A stretch of 64,000 nucleotides of DNA. Origin: Vicugna vicugna. Lineage: Eukaryota. Where the stretch lies: positions 3,006,686 to 3,070,685 of the forward strand of contig MU058337.1 in assembly GCA_013265495.1 (NCBI GenBank), written 5' to 3'. The translations under genes were made by a program, and so were the position numbers. The notes under the pieces were generated by a model that was not told the DNA's origin, ran no database searches, and worked only from the letters and a program-made list of their open reading frames with translations. Positions 54,265 to 64,000 of this stretch are shown here, piece after piece. The stretch's first letter is position 1; each line of letters starts with the position of its first letter.

Positions 54265-55513
54265 CTAAATTAGAATGAGGCATTTTACATGATAAACCAG
54301 CAATTTAAAATGTTAAGTATATTTCACAGTTTACTGTGACTTCATGTGAACAAAGTCATTTCAGGTCACCCTGAGAATGACTGAGCCTGAGAGCAACTGG
54401 AGGCTTTAACTATAAAGGGTTTTCCCTCCACCAGCTTTATACGGAATAATGACTTTTCGCAGGTTGCCTTGGCAATTATCTAACAGTTTGGCTCATTGAC
54501 TTGAAGCTGGTCAAAAAGCTAATTTAATAAACTACAAAAATGTCTTTGGCTAAATGATGGCCTTAGATGAAGGCAATGGGAACCACTGAAGTGGCTCTGA
54601 TGACAGCCCTCAGTTCACGGTGCTTTGTCCCCAGTCCAACACAAATGCCCTCCAGCGGCAAAGCTTCAGGTCACTCCGAGCAAACCCTTGACTTCAAAAC
54701 AGGTTGCTATTTACCAAAAAGTAAGGCTTAAAGCACTTAAAGTATAATTGTTTTCTGTAGCCTTAAAAATATACCAATCACTTTTCCTGCATACAGTTAT
54801 ATATAATGGTCTAGAATACTCCCCAAGAGGGGAAGTCTATGCAATAAATAATACATGCTCCATAAAGTGCTAAATTATGGTAAATCTATCAATATAGCAA
54901 TCCATAACATCAATACATAACATTTGATAACTTTCTAGATTGTTTTCAAATGAATCTAGTTAACTGACACTGCATAAAAATACATTCCGATTCAGGGTAA
55001 CTTAAAATAGCAATGATGTGTAACTTCTCACCATTCAGCAACTGCTGGGGCTTCTGTGCTGTTTTCACCTGCCCTTCCTCATGCAGTTTTGAGGTGACGG
55101 GACTGGAAGCCAACACCTTTTTCTTGTAAATCTGGCAGTAAGTGTAGATAATTCCCTGGCAGTCTTCAGATCTCTTTCCTGGGGCCTCTCGCCCTCTGGG
55201 AAGCTAGTCCAGTTTCCCCCTATGGGGTTTCAGGGAAGTGTTCCAAGACAGGAAGACTGAAAACGGCGAAGCTTCTTGACACCTGGGCCCAGAACTTGCA
55301 CAGCATCTTTTCTACCGTATTCTGTTAGTAAATCCAGCCACTTGTTCAGGCAGATTCAATGAGAAGAGAAATACACTCCAAATTTCATGAGACGAGCAGC
55401 AAAATCCCATTGCAAAAGAGAGTAGGAACCACTGGGCCCACTTTGAGAATACCGTAGTCTTCCTAAGTTTGCTCATAAACTGAGAAACAAGTGTACCTAA
55501 TATTTTCCCGACT

Positions 55514-56175
55514 TCTTTATCCATTCATCCGTCGGTGGACACTTAGGTTGCTTCCATGGCCTGGCTATTGTAAATAGTGCTGCTGTGAACATGGGGATTC
55601 ATGTATCTTTTTGAATTAGAGTTTTTGTCTTCTCTGGATATATGCCTAAAAGTGGGATTGCTGGATCCTATGGTAACTCTGTTTTTAGTTTTTAAAGAAC
55701 ATCCATTCTGTTCTCCATAGTGGCTGCACAAATTTACATTCCCACCAACAGTGCAGGAGGGGTCCCTTTTCTCCACACCCTCTCTCCAGCGTTTATCGTT
55801 TGTATACTTTTTGATGAAGGCCATTCTGACCCATGTGAGATGATTCCTCATTGTAGTTTTGATTTGCATTTCTCTAATAATTAGCGATGTTGAGCATCTT
55901 TTCATGTGCCTGTTGGCCATCTGGATGTCTTCTTTGGGTAAATGGATATTTGGTATTCTGCTCATTTTTGGTGGGGCTTTTTGATATTGATATTGATTTG
56001 TGTAAGCAGTTTGCATATTTTAGAAATTAAGCCCTTGCTGGCCTCATCACTTGTGAATATTTCCTCCCAGCCCCTAGGTTGTCTTTTAATTTTTTTTGTA
56101 GTTCCCTTTGTTGTGCAAAAGCTTTTAAGTTTGATTAGGTCTCATTTGTTTATTTTTGCTCTTCTTTTGCCCTGG
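55514..56175 (-). mobile_element. L1 ORF2 C-terminal fragment (degenerate)
   Basis: Translation [30 protein letters not shown]...CTVGGNVN is canonical L1 ORF2p; frameshifted, no tail. Confidence 0.95.
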
Positions 56176-57970
56176 GATTCTAACTTTTGGACTATCTACC
56201 CAGAAGCCCTAACTAGCCGATTACTTCAAGTTATAATACACCCTTTCTCTGTGTGCCATCTAGTTCACAGCATTGATCTATTTCAAAACACTTTTCGCCA
56301 GTGCTCTCTCTGCTGATATTTTAGGTGATTTACTGGAGTAAGCAGCAATCTATCAGTCATTAGATTAATCCTGTTTGATCATCTTTATAGACAATAATCC
56401 ATTCTGTCTGGTCTACTTTTGTTTATAAAATGACTGGTTTAAAATGGGTAAAAAGTCCACGTAAGAGCAATAGCAAATTTAAATGCTTCTTTCAGGGATT
56501 GATACTGCACTCCCTATGTTCACGGTTAATGATCTAAACTTCATTAAAACCTTGCTGTAACCAACTGAGATAAATAACCAAAGATAATCAGTTTTGGAAT
56601 GATATCCATATACCGCCCATGAGAGGCGACTTCACATTTCCATCCAGGGAGATAATTGGCCCAAGGTATAGATTTTCCACTTTACCCTAAATTGGAATTA
56701 ACATTAGATTAGGAAACAAAGAAAGTAAATTAAATCATGAAAGCAATTGCGCTGAGATTCTACCACAGCAGGCAAAACGGAATATGTCATCTCACTTTCT
56801 CTCTGAGAATTTGTTTTGTTGCCAAATTGTGTCCCCTTTATCCCAAAGAGGTCTTTCTTGCTTTGTGTACTAGACATAGAAGAAAATAACAAAATTACTT
56901 GCTCCCATGTACAATCCAGAAATGGGACATACATATATTACTGAGTGGCTGGATATCCATATCAGTTTAATTATTTAAAATTTTCCCCATAAATAGTTAT
57001 ATAAGAATTCAGGGGAAAAAACATTCTAGACAATTGTATTTACCTATTTATTTTTATTTAGTTTCAACTGAATGAAAAATTTTCAACAGTATATTCTTGA
57101 CATTGGGCTAAGCCTGGTTTTCAAAGTATAAACTGTTTCCCTAACTTCTATTGAATCACTTTATTTCTTTTTTATTAACTATTTGAGTCTGATTTGAAGG
57201 TGAGGTTCACAATGTTGGGGGCTTATGTACATATTTGGTATAGTTCCAAGAAATCAATTTCTCTTTCATTCCTCTGTGCCCATAGGTATGTCCATACTTT
57301 GAAGTCATTTTATAGAGGAAGCAGCCACCATTTTCCCTGATATCTCTGAACCAGAGGGCAGGTTTTATTTGCCTAGAAACGCTGAATGTTTTGCTTGGGA
57401 TCATTTAGCTAGAGAAATAATTTGGCTTTCTAACTTAATAACTATTCAAAAAATTCAGTTACACTTTTTAAAAGATGGTGTATAAAATATAATTTTTCCT
57501 TTAAAGAACTCTGTTATTTCCTATGGGACTGTCTCTAATCACCACTAAACACAGGTAACCGAGGTTAAAGGGAATGTTTGACTAAAATGGAGAAATTTTA
57601 CATATATACATCACTTTATGTAATTGATTCCACCCACCCCCTGAGTGAGGTTTTTAAATAATGTGTATTTTAAAAATTAAGCAATGTTTTTAAACGGCAA
57701 TAAAACCAGCTTTCTCCCTGCCAAAGCAAATAGAACAGAGACAGCAGATAACCTAGCATTTGTTTTTTTTGTATAAAAAACTCTCAGTAATGTCTTAAAA
57801 ATAGCCATTGTTATAGAAAAACAGAGAGAGATCATAGAAGATTACCTGTAAATTTAATTTGACACTTAAAACTATTATTTACTTTAGATTGTTAATAGGG
57901 TCCTATGAATTTTAGATTCATAGCAGGAAACATTTAGTAGCTTGAAATAAAGACTACTATTATTATTTTT

Positions 57971-59022
57971 ATGGAGACCTTTTTATTGAAGTACAGTTGA
58001 CTTATAATATTAGATTAGTTTCTGATATACAACATAGTGATTCAATATTTTTATAAATTATACTCTACATAAAGTTATAAAATATTGATTATATCCCTTA
58101 GCTAAACATTACATCTTCGTAACTTTTTATTTTATAACTAGCAATTTGTATCTCTTGCTCTCTTTCTGCCTTCACGCTCCACACCCCACACCTCTCCACT
58201 CTAGTAACCACTAGTTTGTTATCTGTATCTGTGAGCCTGTTTTGGTTTTGTTATATTTGTTCATGCTTTTAAGATGTTTTAGATTCCACATGTAAGTGAA
58301 AAAACATAATATGCTCTTTGGCATTGGTTACCAATATATATATATATATTTTTGGCTCCTTCACCTCAGAAGAGAGATACAAAAGGAAAAATAAACAAAT
58401 GAGACCTAAGCAAAGTTAAAAGCTTTTGAAAAAAAAAGAAAAAGACGAAAAAAGAAAAAAATAAAAGCTTTTGCACAGGGAAGGAAACCATCAACACAGT
58501 GAAAAAGGAAGCGAACAGAATAGAAGAGGATATTTGCAAATGACATGTCTGATGAAGGATTAATATCCAAAATATATAAAACCCATGTCATTCAATAGCA
58601 AAAAACAAACAACCTGATATAAAAATTGGGAAAAGGCATTTTCCCAAAGACACAGAGATGGCCAACAGGCACATGAAGAGATGCTTATTTACCATCACTG
58701 GTCATGAGGGAAATGCAAGTTAACCGATAATGAGGTATCATCGCATACCTTTCAGAATGGCTAATATCAAAAAGACAAGAAATAACAAGTACTGGAGAGG
58801 ATGTGGAGAAAGGGGGGCCCTAGTACACTGTTAATGGGGGTGTAAATTGGTACAATCACTATAGAAAACAGTATGGAAGTTCCTGAAAACATTAAAAATA
58901 GAACTACCATGTTATCAGCAATTCTACTCCTGATTATTCAAAGCAAATTAAAACACTAATTTGAAAATATGTGCACCCCAATGTTCATAGCAGCATTACT
59001 TATAAGAGCCAATATATGAAAG
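57971..59022 (-). mobile_element. 5'-inverted L1 (L1MA-like)
   Basis: 57980-58310 is the 3' UTR on the minus strand. About 58313-59022 is the ORF2 end in plus orientation. 'tattattttt' flanks both sides (57961-70, 59023-32). Confidence 0.85.
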
Positions 59023-59329
59023 TATTATTTTTTTTTTTACAGTAGCTAGACATTTAGTGTTTCTCAACTGGAAATGGCTATCTTACATTTCAATGTTAGT
59101 AATTCTATGTATCATTTTCTGCAAGGTTCTCTTGACCTGTTATGCCCTCTATTTGGTGGAACAGCCATCTGTTGTGTTCTAACCAGTCTCCCTGATGCCT
59201 ACTGTACCTGCCTGGGCTTCCTAGTACAGTCATGGGCTGATGCAGCCCAAGAACAGTAACAACAAGTATTTAATATTCAAGATCAACAGTAATGGCCTGC
59301 CTTTACGTGCTGTATTAGAGCTCTGTAAA

Positions 59330-59520
59330 GTTTTTTCATAGCATGTTAGCCAGCCCGACACCTGCCTTTGTGATGCAAGTAAAGCGCTATGAAAGCTTTA
59401 AAATTAGACTGAGTCTCAGCAAGTTAAGAGAACTTACCTGGTATCACAGGATAAAGTGGAAAAACAGAGAGTCCACTGAAATTCTCAGATGAATTTGTTC
59501 ATTCTAAAACCCATGCCCAT
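59330..59520 (-). mobile_element. MIR SINE
   Basis: 'actgagtctcagcaagttaagagaacttacctggtatcacag'. Confidence 0.6.
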
Positions 59521-60974
59521 GCTGTCTCTGAGAGAAGAGAGAAACAGAGACAGAGAAAGAAAGGGAATTTCAATCTGGCTGGCTCTCTTATTGGTCATAG
59601 TCCATTATTTAAAACTGGTTATTATATGCATATAAACACGCATTCACAAACACACACACACACTCACACACTCACAGAATAATCACGTAATTACACAAAG
59701 AAACCATCCATGGACCTTACCCCCATAGCCTTTTTACTTATTAGATACAACAAACTTAGATTTTGGAGCTCCAGGGAAGAATTACAGATTAAATACATTG
59801 AATTTTGAAAGTATAATGGAAATACACAGTGAATATACAATTACTACAGAATGCAAGATATACCAGAGGATCTTTAGAAATCGTATTTGAAGTATGAAAA
59901 GTCTATTTGCATAGCAATGTAGTAAGATATGTGCTGACATGAATTTTTGAATGATAGCATCATATTATTGATAATATTATTAAATATCACCAATGTAGTG
60001 TTCTGTTTTATGTTTTAGTTTGCAGTGATTTATTCAATCTTTCAGAGATATTAATTAGAAAGCCAAACCAAGAAAGAAACATTGCACTTCTACTGTGGCA
60101 GAATTCTATATAAGATCATTTTTCAGAAATTAGTAACTAAAATGAGCTACCAAGTGAAAAGAAGCAAATTCTAAAGTATGCAAAATTAAGTGATACATAA
60201 ATATTAAATGCATTATGGTAAATTATTTTATTATTTTCCATGAGACTGTATCATATCCAATTGTATAACTAAACCACATTTGCCCTTGCAAGTTTTTTAT
60301 CCATAAGTCACTATTCACATGATAAAAGTGACAATTTAATTTTCTTGAAAATAAATATTCACTGATTTTAGAAATAAAATAATATCAGAATCCCAGTCGC
60401 TGGTTTAGAGATGGAAGCACGTGAATATATATCTAATGTCTAAGAATAACATTTGTTATGTTTTCAGCTGCTAGTAGATTAAAGAAAATGCCTCAGTACA
60501 TTTTTAATCTCGACTCTAAATAATGCATTTTGTTATAAACAAAATAAATGAGCATGACTCAATTTGAGTATCAAACAAAGTAAACAGTTCTCATAATTTA
60601 TATTAACCGCAAACCAGATGTTACTTTAGTAATTAGTTAAATTTGTGTCTGATAGATCTTCTCTCTATACAGAAAAATCTTCAGTTAGCATATTGTGTTG
60701 TGGTTAACATCCAGGATTAATTTTGTTTTCCATTTGAAGGTATATGAGTTTGTTTTTAGTAGGCTATTCCCATTTAAATTATAGTCTCATTACGCTTGTA
60801 ACACTGATTTTTTTTTAAATACAGATTAAAATCAACAACAAAAACAAGCCAACAAAAGAAAAGTAGGTTCATTAGGTCACTTGAAAAAATATCTGTTGCC
60901 ATTAGTAGCACAACTAGAGACCACAATGAATAACAATCATGTCCAGTGTTTTCAGTGTCTCATGGACCTGCACA

Positions 60975-60976
<2 letters not shown>

Positions 60977-61014
<38 letters not shown>

Positions 61015-61019
61015 ACACA
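60977..61019. repeat. (CA)n microsatellite
   Basis: Directly visible. Confidence 0.95.
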
Positions 61020-61154
61020 ACAGCCATTTGATCAATTTATGGTGGCATTTCACCAGTCTGATGACAAGTGTACTATAAGGTAAAATGTTTCTTTTGCAAG
61101 ATAACCTATGAATAGCATACAGCAGTGCTTTGTGATTTTAATAATAGACATAGA

Positions 61155-61770
61155 CTTTATTTTTTGAGCAGCTTGAAGTTTACAGAAAAATTAAGCAGGA
61201 AGTACAGAGAATTCCCATGTCTCCTTTTGCCGCCCTTCCCAGTGTGCCCTATTATCAACACCTGGTCTTAATGTGGTGCATTTGTTACAATTAGTGAATT
61301 AATACTATTATTGACACAACTCCATGGTTACATTAGTGTTCTCTTCTTATGTTGTTCATTCCACGGGGTTTGATACCTGTATGATGACCAATATCCACCA
61401 TCATCATATCACACAGAGTACTTTCACTGCCCTGAAGATCCCCTCTGCCCTCCCTATTCATACCTAACTTCTTGTCCCCCAAGTCCCAGACACCACTAAT
61501 CTTTTCACTATCTCCCAGCTTTGACTTTCCCAGGATGTCCAAGAGTTGGAATCATGCAAGTACGTAGCCTTTTCAGGTTGGCTCCTATCATTTAGTGATA
61601 TGCATTCAAGTTTCCTCCATGTCTTTTCATAGCTTGTTAGCTCTTTTTTTCTCATTTCCTTTTAGTGCTGAATAATATTCTATCGTTTAAATATACCACA
61701 ATTTGTTTATCCACTCACCTATTGAAGTACATCCTTACAGCTTTCAAGTTTCGGCAATTATAAATAATCT
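61155..61770 (-). mobile_element. L1MC-like 3' UTR
   Basis: 'tttttgagcagcttgaagtttacagaaaaattaagcaggaagtacagaga', 'ttggaatcatgcaagtacgtagccttttcag', 'tttatccactcacctattgaag'. Confidence 0.85.
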
Positions 61771-62134
61771 ATTAACGCTAATTTATAAATGGTGTGGAGC
61801 AGTGCTTTTAAAAACCTTGGAATGGCTTTCCCAATCTCCAGGGTTTGTTATTCACCAAATGACTTTCAACATATAATCAAGATTTTATTATGTTCATCTA
61901 AATTTTATTTCACATTTACATTGTATATATTTCTTCACATATTGTGATGAGTAAAAGTATCACAAAAAAAAACACAAATACAAATACAAATACTGGCTTG
62001 AAATCTTCAACAGTTGGCACAATTATTATGTTATGAGTTACTAGAAAGTTAAGCCTTGAGAAAAAGCTATGAAATCTGAACTGAGTCATACAAATGTTTG
62101 TTAATTTTTTAAAAATGTATTATGATTAGTTATG

Positions 62135-62625
62135 CAGAGCATGATTTCATATAGTTGTTGACCATTTGTATGTTTTTGAAGAAACGTCTATTTAGAGTTT
62201 TGGACTGCCTTTAAATTTTTTTGGATTATTTGCTTCTTGCTATTGAGTTGTGGGAGTTCATTATGTATGTTAGGTTATTAAATCTTTACCAGGCTTGCAA
62301 ATATTCCTTCTAGTCTGTAGGTGGCCTTTTTACTTTGTTGTTTCCTTTGCTGTGCAAAAGCTTTTTGATTTGATGTAATCCCATTTGTCTATTTTTGCTT
62401 TAAAATTTGCTAAGATGTCAGATCCTATGTTAAGTGTTCTCACTATACATACTGAAAAAAAGTGTAAAGAAACATTTGGAGGTAATGGATAGGTTTATGG
62501 AATTGATTGTGGTAATGGTTTCATGTGTGTAACTTATCTCCAAACTCATCACGTTGTGGACATTAAATATATACAGCTTTTTGTTATGTCAATCTTACCT
62601 CAATAAAGTGATTTTTAAATAAATA
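62135..62625. mobile_element. L1 ORF2 fragment (minus, ~62135-62401) abutting an L1MB/MA-like 3' end (plus, 62402-62625)
   Basis: 'tttcctttgctgtgcaaaagctttt...cccatttgtctatttttgctt' followed directly by 'aaaatttgctaag...acctcaataaag' and a (taaa)n tail. Confidence 0.8.
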
Positions 62626-63044
62626 AATGAACAAATCACTAAACAAAAGACACCAGGTGTCAGCCACCTCCCCCTAAAGCAGACTTTCTAAAGTGTTTAT
62701 TTCTAAATATACCATTTATTTATTCTATGCTCTGTTTAGTTTCGAGAGAATTGAAATTAAACCGTTAATGTTTATGCCAAAAATTAACACAGAATTTTTA
62801 GGATTTCAGGATTAATAATAGTATTGTCACTCAAACCCAGTTTATCAGAAAACTATCATTGCAAACTGACACTTTACATTTCAAGAACTATGTCACATAA
62901 TTACAAATTCTTCTAAATATACACCAGTCTAATGGACAAGACTTAAATTACAGAAAACTCTTAAAATTAGTTTACAAAGCTACACTTGCTAGATTTTTCA
63001 ATATCTAAAAAAATACATCCTGCATAATTTTCTGAAGTTACTGA

Positions 63045-63297
63045 TTCCCCATCTGCAGATTCAACCAACCATAGATCAAAAAATATTCAAAAAAATTCAA
63101 GAAAGTTCCAAAAGGTAAAACTTGAATTTACTGTTCCAGCAACTATTTCATGGCTTTACATTTTAGTTACAACTAATTATAGAAGATTTACGTAACATTA
63201 GGTATTATACATACCACACCATTTTATATTACGTACTTGAGCATCCTCAGATGCTGGTATCCACAGGGGTCTTGGAACAAATCCCCTGCAGATACTG
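63045..63297. mobile_element. MER2/Tigger3-like DNA transposon relic
   Basis: 'gcagattcaaccaaccatagatcaaaaaatatt', 'acttgagcatcc...ggtatccacaggggtcttggaacaaatcccctgcagatac'. Confidence 0.8.
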
Positions 63298-64000
63298 TAC
63301 TTTCCCTACAGGAAGGCTGTTATAAAGGTGTCAAGATATGTTTATAGATTTTTAGATAACCTAAGCAAGTAAATTAAATTAGGAAACCAACTGTGCTTAA
63401 GTTTAGTAAAATCTAGTCTGCTAGGCAAAATAGACTGCATCATCTTCCTTCCCCTCTGAGGACTTTTTGCTTCACTTCAAAGTGAATTCTTCACAGGTTA
63501 AATTCAAGTTTCAAAACGATGTATAGTAATTCTTGCCCTGATGACTGAATGTGATGAAATGCTCTTTCCCAAGACATTTAACTCACTTAAGCATAAGTGA
63601 TAAATGACTCTTCATTATATTGAAATCTGCTTTTGGCGGGAAAAGAGAGATTATTGATAAACCATTTATTAATGTACTACCATTAAAATGTAACCAATAG
63701 GGTAAAATGAGATATAAACGTCTATCACCAGTATATTCTTACATCGATAATATGAAGCCACTTACCTGCCTTTCTCACCCTCTTTATCCCCAGTATTTTC
63801 CTGTCTCTATCCATTAGTAAATAAATGACAGAAAGACAAGGGTTGTGACTTGATTATCAGGCAACCTGGCTAAGCCTAGACTTCTAAGGACTGTCACGTT
63901 GAGCTTCACTGAGCTGATTTCTGAAGTCATGCTCCCCCTGAGGTCCCAAGGTCTCCTGTTTATATGACCAATGTACAGCAATACATATATACAAATGTAC

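Noticed and set aside
55543..56016. 157-aa ORF
   Set aside because: Frameshifted L1 ORF2 remnant, not a host gene.
59432..59442. Consensus minus-strand donor CAG|gtaagt
   Set aside because: It lies in a MIR core, and I saw no convincing paired acceptor.
2145..62090. Scattered TGA(G/C)TCA AP-1 motifs and partial CTCF-like motifs
   Set aside because: Counts are not clearly above chance for 64 kb, and the CTCF-like matches have core mismatches.

Overview
AT-rich mammalian nuclear DNA, most likely camelid (alpaca/camel). The host call rests on a tRNA-derived vic-1-type SINE at 44124-44257 and on L1 3' ends that look lineage-typical. I recognise no host protein-coding exon; the ORF-track entries are mostly chance or repeat-derived. 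The window is dominated by interspersed repeats: MIR, L2, L1 fragments, MaLR/MLT1 LTRs, three clustered ERV1-type LTRs at 39.2-42.7 kb, Tigger/MER44/MER2/MER5 DNA-transposon relics and microsatellites. Two CpG-rich patches at about 7.4-9.4 kb look like a promoter. Several short segments bounded by good splice signals suggest an unidentified, probably non-coding, minus-strand transcript. The clearest structural oddities are two 5'-inverted L1s, a poly(A)-only insertion with a perfect 12-bp TSD, a Tigger7/MER44 relic that keeps an open DNA-binding-domain frame, and two local duplications. I found no evidence of a novel multi-gene system. All repeat family names come from my recall of consensus sequences, not from a database search.
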